Shown: positions 26,721-40,560, numbered from the stretch's first letter. The stretch is 64,000 bases of DNA from Octopus vulgaris (GCA_951406725.2 OX597831.1:50902001-50966000); one strand, 5' to 3'. Program-made: numbers and translations. The notes: generated from the letters alone by a model not told the origin.

Positions 26721-27390
26721 TCTGTCTTTGCATTTGTCTCCTACTACCGCTTGATAACTGGTATTGGTTTGTTTGCGTCTCCGTCAAAAGGAAGATAGAA
26801 TAAGTAACAGCTTAAAAGATGAACACAGCAATATCATATCTTCTCCACTACGATTCCCTAAAACTTGAGAACTACACAACCAATTTCATTCAAATTTTAT
26901 ACTTGCCTTACTTAGGGTCCATGTAGTTTCGTGGGCAAAAAAAAATGTTCAACTTCTTGCTTAGGGCGAGCCCATAGCAATATCATATCTTCTCCACTAT
27001 TTCAGTATTACGTGTTAAAAGTGAAACAAAAACATTTCTCTATTCTATGTCAGATGCTTTCACTTTAACAATAAAAATTAGAGATAATAATAACAATTGA
27101 ATTATATGTAGTAAGTAATAATTAAAATCAAACTAAAGTATAATATAATCGTAACACAACAAAAGTAAAAATAGCAATTGGTATAAAATTGCATCAATGA
27201 TTTGAACTTGAATAAGTGGTTTCACATGAATGGGAATAAATTAAAAATAAAATTAGCGTGCAGAAATGGAATAGTCCTACAATTCCAGTCTGTTATATAT
27301 TTTCAGTATTGTTATCACTAGCGATATCAAGATATAACTTTGTATTTTGTATTTTATGTATAGATGTATGTATATGTACACATAATATGT

Positions 27391-27444
<54 letters not shown>

Positions 27445-27497
27445 GACGGGCTCCCACACAGTTTCCTACTATGGAATTCATTTACCAGGCATTGGTC

Positions 27498-27695
27498 CAG
27501 AGGCGTATATTCCGGGTGTGCGTGCGAGGTGTGTGCTGCACACCCACCGAAAATGGCAAATTCATAATAATATTAACCTTACTCATTAATTCAATTACAA
27601 ATCTTTAAAGGAAAACTTTTGTTATACATCTGCTTGAAATTTGGTGAAATTGGGCGTGACAACGCACCCGATACAACAACCACCATACGCCACTG
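27498..27695. mobile_element. hAT-type MITE inserted in a degenerate SINE B
   Basis: TIR cagaggcgtat/atacgccactg; 8 bp TSD cattggtc/cactggtc; host SINE continues on both sides. Confidence 0.85.
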
Positions 27696-27835
27696 CACTG
27701 GTCGGCCCGGCACTAGAACAGAAGATACTGCGTAGTGGGACTGAACCCGAAAACATATGACTGAAAAGCGATCACCTTAACGAAGCAGTCTTCAAAATTC
27801 GCCACTATCAATAGAACTATTTGTATAGTATCAAT

Positions 27836-28518
27836 CAGCGACTCGTGTATAAGAACTGCGGAACTGCAGCACCCCTATTTCCACTCGATATTATTGATAA
27901 CATCCAATATAATGAGTCCTTTTTTCTTTAATTCTTTCTTTATACATGTACATTATATAATCCTTAAGCTTAATGTCAGTAGCCAAACCCTAGTTTATGA
28001 AAAAATGCAAAAATCCTTGTATAGAACTGTGCACTTCACACTTCCAGCAACACAGTATTTGGCTGTTGTGCGCATGCTCACATGTCCGAGATAGGAAGCT
28101 TCACGCTAGGGAGTGAGAGCACTGTCATTCACGCAGTGCCGACCGCTGCATGCTGGTGATAGTGTTTTGTTGTTTTTTTTTACTACGCGTGTGTTGTGCT
28201 TAAAAACATGTTTATATTCTTGAATTTGATGAAGTGTAGAATTAGATTATACTGCTTCCAGCTTCAGTATTGCTGCCAGGATTTGGAAAATGGGGATACA
28301 TTTCCACCCCCACCTTATTTTGTGATTTGGGGGGATTTTTGAAAATCAATAGGAAATTTGCGCTGGTGTTCACTGAACAAATTAAACACACTACCCGGCA
28401 GTGGCTAAAACGCGAACTGATCAAGTTTATGTTTGTTTTCTTCCACACGATATTAAAACAAAGGCTAAAAATTTTCTGAAGCAGCACCCCCACTAATTTT
28501 ATCTACGAGCCACCACTG
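27836..28518. mobile_element. Degenerate hAT-type non-autonomous element
   Basis: Ends cagcgactcgt / acgagccaccactg; imperfect 8 bp flanks gtatcaat/gttccaat; gcagcacccc subterminal motif near both ends. Confidence 0.55.
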
Positions 28519-29346
28519 GTTCCAATGATATTGTGAAGTGCTGTGAACATTCTCTATTTCGCCTCTATTTTCCATCACCGTTCGTATGACGAAACAAAAT
28601 TCTCTCTGGGGAGAATTTGATGTCCTTAATGGTATATGTATGTCTTAACATGTATTTTTATCTCATCAGATTTCAACATACATGTGTATGTCTGTGTGCG
28701 TGTGCGTGCGCGTCCATCGGAAGTTTCATGCTGTTAATACTTGCCTGTATTGCCTGTATTTCATTTCAGCTTTATAATTAATTAATTAATTAATTAATTA
28801 ATTAAATGGGAAGGGCTGGCGGAATTATTAGCATGCTGGATAAAATACTTAGTAATGTTTCGTCCATCTTTACGTTCTGAGCTCAAATTTCTCCGAGATC
28901 GACTTTACCTTTCATCCTTTCGGGGTCGATAAAATAAGTAACAGTTACTCACTGGGGTAGTTATAATCGGCTTCCCGCTATCCACAAAAATCGTTGGCCT
29001 GGTGCCAAATTTTGAAAACATAATTAGGTAATTATATAATTTTCTAGTCAATGAAATAATTGATTTATTGGGTTGTAAAAGGTCTTTCATCAATCTATTA
29101 CCTTATCACTGAAAATGTTCCCATTTTAATAGTACTATGGCCCTCTTTCAAAGTACAGCATTTGTTTCAACGCACAATTTCATATTAAGAATCTTACAAA
29201 ACAAATACAAAAGCAATACATACATAGTATATATATATACACACTCATACATATAAATACATTTATACACACATATATGTATATATGTGTGTATATATAT
29301 ATACATATGCACACATATATATATACATATATATACATATACATAC

Positions 29347-29443
<97 letters not shown>

Positions 29444-29554
29444 TATTTATATAATTAAAGTCAAAATGAGAGTGAAAAACTTGGATATTAATTTAATAAC
29501 ACCAATTTAATCACCATTGGTCTAACGCATAAAAGACTGAGATTCAGTAAATAT

Positions 29555-30103
29555 TATTAATACACAAATATGGGAGAGAATCCACTATGTGAACGCTCTT
29601 ACGCTAGATATAGATCCGCAAGGGTCTGAACCACTAAGAATTGTTCTCGAGAAAAATTTAGCACACTAAGAACGTAAGCGAGCAGGACAAATGAAAAATA
29701 ACAAAAATATAGATTAACCCCATACAATTGTTTCACTGTTAATAAATTATGCAATTTTATTTACATAATTATCCTCAGATCATCGGTGAGGTACGTCATA
29801 AAATATAATTGTCGAACTGCACGCTACATATTAACACGAGGTTAAAGACACGAGTAGTTGGGCCTATTATATTCACAGTTATATTCAAATTCCCTCGTTC
29901 TAGCGCGCCAAATTCACGGAAATGGATACTGCATAAGGGGTTAATCTATATTTTTGTTATTTTTCATTTGTCCTGCTCGCTTACGTTCTTAGTGTGCTAA
30001 ATTTTTCTCGAGAACAATTCTTAGTGGTTCAGACCCTTGCGGATCTATATCTAGCGTAAGAGCGTCCACATAGTGGATTCTCTCTCATATTTGTGTATTA
30101 ATA
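29555..30103. mobile_element. Fold-back element: 167 bp inverted arms around a 215 bp spacer
   Basis: 29555-29721 vs 29937-30103 differ at about 2 positions; HHR-like motif at 29717-29792 on minus. Confidence 0.85.
29717..29792 (-). ncRNA. Hammerhead-like motif (one core substitution)
   Basis: acctca CCGATGA t ctg...cag t GAAA caattg TA tggggt: stem I acctca/tggggt, palindromic mini stem III, GUA triplet; core reads CCGAUGA instead of CUGAUGA. Confidence 0.55.
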
Positions 30104-30105
30104 TA

Positions 30106-30145
<40 letters not shown>

Positions 30146-30784
30146 AAATGATCTTTCTTCTTTCAGCTTTATTCAAGTTCTTGAGACAGTTCAGACCAGT
30201 TGCTAACGAAACTACAAGACTTTTTGACTAAAGATGCTTCCCGGTGTTTGTAAATATGTGGTTGAGTTGGTGCGTTAGTTGAACTGCTGATGAATGCACC
30301 CAAGTGTGTGCATCTATTCACTTAAGAATCTCGGATAGAAGTTTTTGAGGAATATCTTACAAATTTTCACTGTATCACGGATAGATTGGCTTTGGAGAAT
30401 CTGCGTCAGTTTCTTTTGCACTCTCTCTCCGCGAAACCGAGTATTTCTAGATTTTTGTGCAAATTTTTTGGTACATAACCTAATGTACCAATGATGATAG
30501 GTACAAATGAGACTGTAATTCACAGTCAGGACACAAGAGCTGTAAGTTCCGGTTTAATTTGCCATAAATGTCCTCTTGTTACTGGACTTTGAGGGGATAT
30601 TTATATTCGGTAGGCAGCTAACCCCTACAACAGGGCATAACTTTTGTTGCCTCACAGAACAAAATCAAGTCTGTTATGTTTGCACCGCATTGATGTTTCT
30701 TATTGGTGTGCTCAACTAGCATATCTTGCTTAAAAATGTGTGAATACCGGTTGGTTAAGACACGCCTTTGATGTATACATCATG

Positions 30785-31090
30785 TACTTACTTGTACTTG
30801 TGGCGACATTCACCCTGGGCGGGTTGAGTCGGCTTCTTCTACCACCCTCGAGACATCTCGAACCATGGCAGCCCACGCACGACAGTCCTGCGCCAGTTCA
30901 CTGCAGATAGCGAGCCAGTCATGGTTCCATCGGCGCAGGCCGACCACCTGCGATCCCGTGAGCACGGAGAGGTCTTCCTTGATCGTCGTAACCCAGGTCT
31001 TCAGCTGCCCACCCGCGCGTTTCCGCCAGTTGGGAAGTGGAGTTGGGAGAAGGACATCACGTCTCAGTTCACCCACCGGTTCACTGCCAT
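30785..31090 (-). mobile_element. RTE-clade LINE 3' fragment
   Basis: WRKRAGGQLKTWVTTIKEDL..LAQDCRAWAAMVRDV C-terminus followed by a caagtacaagtaagta tail. Confidence 0.8.
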
Positions 31091-31312
31091 GCATCATGGT
31101 AATCATTCCTGCAGATAGTGTGCATGTATATATATTGATCTAAGTTTCTGTCTTTGCATTTGTCTCCTACTACCGCTTGATAACTGGTATTGGTTTGTTT
31201 GCGTCTCCGTCAAAAGGAAGATAGAATAAGTAACAGCTTAAAAGATGAACACTAGCACGACTGCAGTCCAACGACAGAAGCAACTGAAATAAAAGAAATG
31301 ATAAAAAATAAT

Positions 31313-31365
<53 letters not shown>

Positions 31366-31376
31366 TAATAATAATA

Positions 31377-31661
31377 GACCTGGAAATAGAGGTAACTCGA
31401 ATGGGGAATCTAAAAACAGAAACAATCCCTATCATAGTAGGCGCATTAGGTATGATAAAAAAACATAACAAAGACACCAGGACTTAAAAACACATATAAC
31501 AGACAGAAAATAGCACTACTTGGCACTGCACACATCCTACGCAAAACACTTTCAATACAGTAAGCATCAGAGCACCACAACAAATCACAACACATACCCA
31601 AGGCACACAGAGCTGCGCTCGGTAGTGAAATGAAAGCACGCTATAAAAATAAAACTACTGA
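31377..31661 (+). mobile_element. 5'-truncated R4/Dong-like LINE in (TAA)n
   Basis: DLEIEVTRMGNLKTETIPIIVGALGMIKK and LGTAHILRKTLS plus 3' UTR, with (taa)n on both sides. Confidence 0.85.
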
Positions 31662-31673
31662 ATAATAATAATG

Positions 31674-31740
<67 letters not shown>

Positions 31741-31859
31741 CAACAACAAAAACAACAACATCAACAACAACAACAATAATACATAAACAAACTACACTGA
31801 TACACTTACCTCAGACGACAACATGGCAGAAATGGTCAAAGACAAAGACATCGTGAAAA

Positions 31860-32535
31860 TAGAACTATACTATGCATACTAAAGATGAAATTGAGAGAAA
31901 AATCAAAGCATGGCCAATATCCTCCAAGGCTTGATGGAGAAGAAGTGAGCCTAAGTAAAAGCTAGCAATGGCTCAAAAGCTCGAGATTAAAAGCTGAAAC
32001 GGAAGGACTGATTCTCGCTGCACAAGACTAATGTCTGACTACGAACAGCTATAAAAGCAAATTAATGAAAACAGACCCTAACACCAAATACAGAATGTAC
32101 AACCAGCACAATAAAACAGCTAACCATATCATCTCTGACTGTCCAGGCCTTTCCAACTCTGAATATATGTACAGACACGACGTAGTAAGTAGTTATCTAT
32201 CTCCACTGGACAATATGCCGACACTACAATATAAAAATTGATGGTATAAACATGTCCCAAACTAGGCAAAAGGCATTGACCAGGCCATAATCATCTGGGA
32301 TATACCCGTTCAAACCGGCAAAGAACAAACAGCTAATAAACCAGGCATAATAATCAAGGACTGTAAAAAAAACTGCTTATTGATAGACATTGCAGTCCCT
32401 TCTGACCAAAATATTGTCAAAAAAGAAGTGGAGAAATTGCCAAAGTACAAAGACATCGAAATTGAGATATTCAAGATGTAGGGCATGAAGATGAAAATAA
32501 TACCAGTAATGCCATTGGGCATGATAAAAAATAAA
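31860..32535 (+). pseudogene. R4/Dong-like LINE zinc-knuckle/RLE endonuclease remnant
   Basis: LKAETEGLILAAQD, NHIISDCPGL..YRHD, IIWDIPVQT..NKPGIII..LLIDIAVPSD..KEVEKLPKYKD. Confidence 0.8.
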
Positions 32536-32554
32536 AAAATGTAGGAAGAGTTCT

Positions 32555-33085
32555 CAGGGTACCAAGGATCATCTGGTCATCGATAAAACAGTTTTGAGAC
32601 ATTGTAAAAAACATCATACAAACATTCTATGGCTTGGATTGATTTAAAGAAGACTTGATATGATATGATACCTCATTCTTGGATCATTGAAAGCCTGCAG
32701 TCGTTTGGTGTTGTTGCTGACATCATCACAAAGTTTCTGATGCATAGCATGAAAGAGGGGAAAATCAAATTGTACTCAAGTAATGTATTTCTTGGAGAAG
32801 TTAATATTAAAAGGTGAATCTTCCAAGGTGATTCGTTTTCTCCGTTACTTTTTGTAATTGCACTAATACCCATAATAATGACACGTAGGAAAGTTAAGAT
32901 GGGTTACCAATGTGGGAAGAAAGGCCTATCATTGAACTATCTTCTGTTTATGGATGACCTGAAAGTGTTTGGGAAATCTGAAAAATAGCTAGGTTCTATA
33001 ACCAAAACAGTCCAGAAGTGCGGTAGGGACATCGGCATGGAATTTGGGATTATCAAATGCTCTGAACTTAATATGAAAAGAGGGA
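32555..33085 (+). pseudogene. R4/Dong-like LINE RT remnant
   Basis: GTKDHLVIDK, MAWID, PHSWII, IFQGDSFSPLLF, LLFMDDLK, DIGMEFGIIKC. Confidence 0.85.
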
Positions 33086-33408
33086 ATGGTTGCTATTTCT
33101 ACACAAATTGCACATTTTAATTCATCAATAGATCGAGGGTGATGACTGAATACTTTTGATTTTAAATATCCCCACAAAAAGAAATCACTTTTCACCATTC
33201 CAGAAGAAATGATACATAACTTTCATGAACGTCTCCAACAGTGTGTTGACAATGATGGGAAGCATTTAGCTTATTTAATTTTTAAAACTTAATGATATAA
33301 AATGGCATTATATGTACATTAAAAAATAAAATTTTTCTTTTCATTATTTCTTATTTTGTGCTTTTATTAAGCCTCCAAATGTGTCAGATCATTTTGGTCC
33401 ACCCTGTA
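33085..33408. mobile_element. Tc1/mariner-superfamily 3' fragment, partly inverted
   Basis: Minus: DFFLWGYLKSKVF..IDELKCAI; plus: IPEEM..NFHERLQQCVDNDGKHL; TIR-like end cattttggtccaccctgTA. Confidence 0.7.
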
Positions 33409-33569
33409 CATTTGATCACTGTAAACAAATCATTTGTACAGGTCGTTCAGCAAAAAGCTGAACACTCATTCGTCGTCTTCGACGCGAGAATCCCCTCCCA
33501 AAAATTATTACTATTCTTATTATTACAACAACTATTTATTATTATTTTATATATACATATATACGTACA

Positions 33570-33653
<84 letters not shown>

Positions 33654-34984
33654 GAGAGTGGAGGCGGAAATATAAGAACAGAGAGGAACAGTGAGAGATT
33701 GTTTGAGAGAAATTCTGAGATAAAATACAAAGCAAGACGGAAACTGACGTGGGGTGAAGATATGGAACAGAAATAGTTTAAGAGAATTCAAATACGGAAC
33801 ATATACAAAATGCTGGATAAACCGGCTTACTTTTGTACTGTTTTTGATTATTCAATTTTGTGTGATGGAATTAGTTGGAAATTAGTCTGTTTGTCGAAGA
33901 TTTAGTGACCTTCTTTGGGGAATTCTATCTACAGATATAGGTTTAGTTTCTCAGTCACAGTTTAATGCATGCAATCAGCAACTTTCGTAAGCGTAATTTC
34001 CCAACGGCAGGAACGAATTAAAGAAGACAGAGTTTACTATCATAAGATGCATGTACATTAGGAGTATTTCAATAGTAATAACATAGCTCTAATGTTTCAT
34101 ATATATTCTAAAAGTGTTTCCAGAGGTCAAAAAGATATAAAAACGAAATAAATACAGCAGTACTTTTAATAAGATTTCTGTATAGAGTGACAGAGCTGCA
34201 CAACTCATGCACAAACGCACTGTCACAAATACGAACATAAATACACACATAGACCGAGGATCGTTTAAGCACATATATACATTACATTCACACACGCACA
34301 CCCGAGCACACACACACACGCACACATACATACATACATACATACATCATACATACATACATACATACATACATACATACATACATACATACATACATAC
34401 ATACATACATACATACATACAAATTATATGTATATATGTATATCGCGAAGATAGTACTATATGTGTGTACATGTATATAGGTTGATGTGTGTATGCGTTT
34501 GTATTAGAGTGTAAAGCAGTATGGAGGCTTATCTCTCTGTTCACACGATTGTTACTAATATTTATTTTTCACAATGGAGAGGAATCAAAACGCAGAAAAA
34601 AATATGCATCCAGTTTCTTTATAAGCTTATAAAAAGACATTCATGTTTGGATATAAAACAAAAAATCAATAACATCGGATCAATTTGAATTCCCTGTCTA
34701 CGTGGATTGGTAGATCTTAAAGTTTTGTTGTTCTCTGAGAGTTTTTCCTTATCTACGTTAATATGTTTGACTTGTAGCAATCATTGGACAGCAGGTTTGT
34801 TCGGGCGCTACCTGAAGAGGTTTAGTCGATCAGATCTATTTCAGTACTTATTTTGCTTTTGCAGTCAGGTACTTGATCCCTCGGGTTTTGTAGTCAAAGC
34901 GCTACGTTACGGCGATGTAAGCAAACGGACATCGGTCGTCAAGTGGTGTGGAAGCAAATCCGAACCCAAAAACACACACACAGA

Positions 34985-35041
<57 letters not shown>

Positions 35042-35209
35042 TAGAAAGATAGATACATAGATAGATATACACATATATATATATATATGATATATATGTA
35101 TATATATTTGTATATATATTATATATATGTATATTTAGATATATCATATATATATACATATATACATATATATATTACATTATGCATATATACACATATT
35201 ATACATATG

Positions 35210-35242
<33 letters not shown>

Positions 35243-35357
35243 GTGTGTGTATGTATGTATGTATATACATATATATATATGTATTTATATGTGTGTCTGA
35301 TATATATGTATATAAAATATATGTATATATATTATATATAATTTATTTATATATCTA

Positions 35358-35403
<46 letters not shown>

Positions 35404-35552
35404 TTATACATATATATATTGTATGTAATATGTTACTCATTTCAGCCATGCGGCCGTGGTCATGTTGGAGCACTGGAAAATGTGAGTTGGACAGGCCATT
35501 TACCTGAAACCGCTTAAAATCAATATTTTTCATCCTATTTTCTACACATACA

Positions 35553-38090
35553 AACTGTCCACTGGTGTAAATTCGGTCAACTGCCTACTAGCGCAAATTC
35601 GATCAACTGTCCACTGGTCTAAATTCGATCAACTATCTACATGTGCAAATTCGATCAACTATCTAATGGTCTAAATTCGATCAACTGTCCACTGGTGTAA
35701 ATTCGATCATCTGTCTACTTGTGCAAATTCGATCAACTGTCCACTGCTCTAAATCTGATCAACTGTCCACTAGCGCAAATTCGATCAGCTGTCCATTAGC
35801 GAATATTCGATCAACTGTCCACTAGCGAAAATTCGATCAACTCTCCACTGGTGTAAATTCGATCAACTGTCCACTAGCGAAAATACGATCAAATGTCCAC
35901 TGGTGTAAATTTGATTAACTTTTTACTTGTGCAAATTCCATCAATTGTCCATTGGTGTAAATTCGATCAGCTGTCCACTAGCGCAAATTCGATCAACTGT
36001 CCAATAACGAAAATTCAATAAACTTTCCACTAGTGAAAATTCTATCAACTGTTCACTAGCAAAAATTCGATCGACTATCGACTGGTCTAAATTCGATCAA
36101 CTATCCACTGGTGTAAATTTGATCAACTGTCCACTAGCGAAAATTTGATCAACTGTCCACTAGCGCAAATTCGATCAACTGTCCACTGGTCTAAATTCGA
36201 TCAAGTCTCCACGAGCGCAAATTCGATCAACTGTCCACTAGTCTAAATTCGATCAACTGTCTGTCCATTGCTGTAACTTCAATCAACTGCCCACTAGCGC
36301 AAATTCGATCAACTGTCCACTTGTGTAAATTCGATCAACTGTCCAATTGCATAACATTCGATCAACCGTCCACTAGCGAAAATTCGGTCAATTGTCCACT
36401 AGTCTGAATCCGATCACCTGTCCACTGGTGTAAATTCGATCAATTGTTCACTAGCGAAAATTCGATCAACTGTCCACTGGTCTAAATGCGATCAACTATC
36501 CACTGGCGTAAATTCAATCAACTGTCTGCTAGCGCAAATTCGATCAAATGTCTACATGTGCAAATTCGATCAACTGTCCACTAACGCAAATTCGATCAAC
36601 TGTCCACTAGTCTAAATTCTATCAACTGTCCACTAATGTTAATTCGATCAACTGTCCACTAGCGAAAATTCGATCAACTGTCCACTGGTCTAAATTCGAT
36701 CAACTGTCCACTAGCGAAAATTCGATCAACTGTTCACTAGCGCAAATTCGATCAACGGTTCACTGGTCTAAATTCGATTAAGTCTCCACGAGCGCAAATT
36801 CGATCAACTGTCCACTAGTGTGACTTCAATCAACTGCCCACTAGCGCAAATTCGATCAACTGTCCACTTGTGTAAATTCGATCAACTGTCCAATAGCATA
36901 AAATTCGATCAACCATCCACTAGCGATAATTCGGTCAATTGTCCACTAGTCTAAATCCGATCACCTGTCCACTAGTCTAAATCCGATCACCTGTCCACTG
37001 GTGTAAATTCGATCAATTGTTCACTAGCGAAAATTCAATCAACTGTCCACTCGCCCAAATTCGATCAACTGTCCACTGGTCTAAATGCGATCAGCTATCC
37101 ACTGGCGTAAATTCGATCAACTGTCATCTAGCGCAAATTCGATCAAATGTCTACATGTGCAAATTCGATCAACTGTCCACTAGTCTAAATTCGATCAACT
37201 GTCCACTAGTGAAAATTCGATCAACTGTCCACTTGTGTAAATTCGATCAACTGTCCAATAGCATAAAATTCGATGAACCGTCCACATAGCGAAAATTCGG
37301 TCAATTGTCCACTAGTCTAAATCCGATCACCTGTCCACTGGTGTAAATTCGATCAATTATTCACTAGCGAAAATTCGATCAACTATCCACTCGCCCAAAT
37401 TCGATCAACTGTCCACTGGTCTAAATGCGATCAACTATCCACTGGCGTAAATTCGATCAACTGGCTGCTAGCGGAAACTCGATCAAATGTCTACATGTGC
37501 AAATTCGATCAACTGTCCACTAGCGCAAATTCGATCAACTGTCCGCTAGCGAAAATTCGATCAACTGTCCACTAGCGAAAATTCGATCAACTGTCCACTA
37601 ATGTAAATTCGATCAACTGTTCACTAGCAAAAATACGATCAAATGTTCACTAGCAAAAATTCGATCAACAGTCCCCTGGTCTAAATTCGATCAACTGTCT
37701 ACTGGTGTAAATTCGATCAATTGTTCACTAGCAAAAATTCAATCAACTCTCCACGAGCGCAAATTCGATCAACTGTCCACAGGTCTAAATGCGATCAACT
37801 ATCCACTGGCGTAAATTCGATCAACTGTCTGCTAGCGAAAATTCGATCAAATGTCTACATGTGCAAATTCGATCAAATGTCCACTAGCGAAAATTCGATC
37901 AACTGTCCACTAGCGCAAATTCGATCAACTGTCCACTGGTCTAAATTCGATCAACTGTCCACTAGCGAAAATTCGATCAACTGTCCACTCGTCTAAATTC
38001 GGTCGGTCAACTGTCTACTAGCAAAAATTCGATCAACAGTCCACTAGAGAAAATTCGATCAACTGTCCACTGGTGTGTAAATTCGATCAA
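35553..38090. repeat. 26 bp minisatellite array, roughly 95-100 units
   Basis: Consensus aaattcgatcaactgtccact(agcga/agcgc/ggtgt/ggtct). Confidence 0.97.
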
Positions 38091-38209
38091 TAACCGTTTG
38101 TCTCAAAAAAATACACTGTTCAGAATTATGAAAATGAAGTAGTGACAGGACAGCAACCGAAAATTCCCGCTCATTTCCCCCAAAAAATACACTGTTCAAA
38201 ATTCTGAAA

Positions 38210-38362
38210 TTTCAGTTCCTTCTCAAACTCAGCTTCGCCATGACAATTAACAAAGCACAAGGTCAGTCCCTGGAAGTTGTCGGATTGAACCTTCGAACGT
38301 CACGCTTTTCATATGGACAGTTCTACGTCGGGTGTTCCAGAGTTGGCCATTCAGACAACTTA
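38210..38362 (+). pseudogene. Helitron PIF1-like helicase C-terminal fragment
   Basis: Translates to LKLSFAMTINKAQGQSLEVVGLNLRTSRFSYGQFYVGCSRVG (helicase motifs V and VI). Confidence 0.88.
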
Positions 38363-38538
38363 CTCAGAAACCGAAAATATCCATTCGTCTCTGAAAAAAA
38401 TAATACACAGTTCTAAATTATGAAAATAAGGTAGTGACAGGACTGCAACCGAAATATCCGTTTCTCAAACAAAACAGGTGAAAACGACTAAAATGAGAAA
38501 GTACAAACGTTCAGTAAATAGGCATTTGTCAAAGAAAA

Positions 38539-38926
38539 TCTCTCTATATATAAACGGCAGTTTGTCTGTGCGTGTTTCTGTGTGTCTGTTTTCTCGTACC
38601 CTCACCCTGACCACGGCTTTCAACCGATTCTGATGAAACTTGACACACACATAGCCCAATGTCATAATTCAAAACTAACGCAGCGAAAATTTTGAAAAGT
38701 TAACCCCAGTTCTGAAAAAAATCGATAAATTCGACATGGGGTCGAGAATCAAAAAAAACAAACCACAGACTGTCTAGGGGACGCAACTCAACCTTTTTTT
38801 ACTCTCAAAAAAAAATTTACCATAATTTTTTTTCCATTTTTTGGCTATTTTTTGGCTATAACTCTCTAAAAATGCTTTATAGTTATTTCCCTTACAAACC
38901 TGAGCAACGCCGGGCGATACTGCTAG
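38539..38926 (+). mobile_element. Non-autonomous Helitron
   Basis: A|TCtctctatatataaa 5' end; 3' gagcaacgccgggcgatactgCTAG|T. Confidence 0.85.
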
Positions 38927-39799
38927 TAGACAATAACACGTACTTGAATTTTTAAATAGACTATGCCTAGCCTTGTTACTGGTACCAGTATGTCTATAGC
39001 TTTCGATTGGCTAAAATTACCCAAAATTTGCAAATTTTAAAAGCTGTTAATATTTTATTTATTAATTTATTACAAAATGAATTTAATTTCCATAATTAGT
39101 ATACAGAACTACATAAATACAGCACATTTGAAAACAATTGGAACAACATTAGAAGAACTGAAAACTGTGAGTAAAACAAAAAAGATCCCTATTCATAATT
39201 TTTAATTAATTTTTTTACTGATTAATTTTTTAAAGATGCACAGTCGATATTTCCGAATAATTTTCTAGTTATTGAAGGCCAATATTCCCCTGTATTCGAA
39301 GCAAATATAATCCAGTTCCTTGTTTCAAGTTCAAATCCTGCTAAGTTCAAATTGCCTTTCATCCTTTCGAGACCGATAAAAGTAAAGTAACAAGCGCACA
39401 CTGTGATCGATGTCATCAATGAACTTCCTCACTTCTGCCAAAATTTAAAAGCCATTACTCTTTTTTATCGTTTTTACTGAACGCCCCAGATTGCCAGAAT
39501 CATTAACGCATCTAGACAAATTGTCTACAGGTATTTACTATACTCATTACCTTCCGAGTTCAAATTCCGCCGTGATCAACTTCGCCTTTTATCCCTTCGG
39601 GGTCGATAAAATAAGTCCCCGTAGAGTACTGGGTGGATGTACTCGACTTAACCCTCCAATAAAATTGCAAGCCTTGTGCCAAAATCTGAAACCATTTTTA
39701 TAGTTGTTGTTCTTGTTACAGGCTATATAAGTTAGCAGGGATATTGTCTTGAGGTATGATGACAAGCCTCCTCAAATCTCAAGATGCTTTCTTATGATT

Positions 39800-40560
39800 C
39801 TTTCAGGATACTGGATTACACTTTTCTACAGCTCGACAATGCTAGTTTCATTTGTAATCCTTGAACCTGTCAGGAATCAGATTGAGTGCTGTGCCAGGTG
39901 CACTAATTACCCAGGAGTGGTTATTGTCTTATTCTTCTACAATATCTTCCTGTCTCTGGCTAGGTCCTGATCTCTGATTTTTTAAAGCTTTTTGATATTC
40001 ATTCAATTAGTATATGGCCTTCCAAAGTCTATGAGTTTACATTGTTTATTTTTTTTTGTTGTTTTCTATAATAATATCAGGTTGTCTTACTTTATTAGTG
40101 TAGTTAGGCTTTATGGGGAAGTTTCAAAAGAGCCTATAATTCTAATTCTTTGTCACAGCCTCTGACTCGTCTTCATACCACTCTTCTGTTACTTTAAACC
40201 CACACTATCGATTAACACCCCATTGCACTCTTTCAGCGACACAGTCATGCCTGCGCTTATATTCTTTTTGTACTAGCATACTACATTCACTCCTTTCACA
40301 CAGTTTCTGCGTTTGCTCTCTCACTGAGTTTTATCGATCTTTACCTTTATCAAATTCGTCTAAATGGCTTGTTCTTCACTGGCTATAATTAACTTTTCGT
40401 TTTCTCCTTTCAGATTTTTGTCCGCGGGGCACAACCAACATAATTTATTTTCAACATCCATGAATTGGCCATGTAATTCCTTCTCTTTCGAACCACATGT
40501 TCTATAGTTCTTCCATCTGTCACTGTTTCAGTAACTTTTTGGCCGTTTCTCGCCACCATC
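39800..40560 (-). pseudogene. Highly decayed R4/Dong-like LINE C-terminal region
   Basis: KEKELHGQF and SECSMLVQKEYKRRHDCVA on minus. Confidence 0.6.

Noticed and set aside
30281-30550. ctgatga followed by a tgcac/gtgca hairpin, possible split hammerhead
   Set aside because: No adjacent GAAA; a distant stem I partner would require an unproven ~215 bp insertion
35553-38090. CRISPR-like appearance of regular short repeats
   Set aside because: Units are contiguous with only ~5 variable bases and no unique spacers; eukaryotic context and no cas genes
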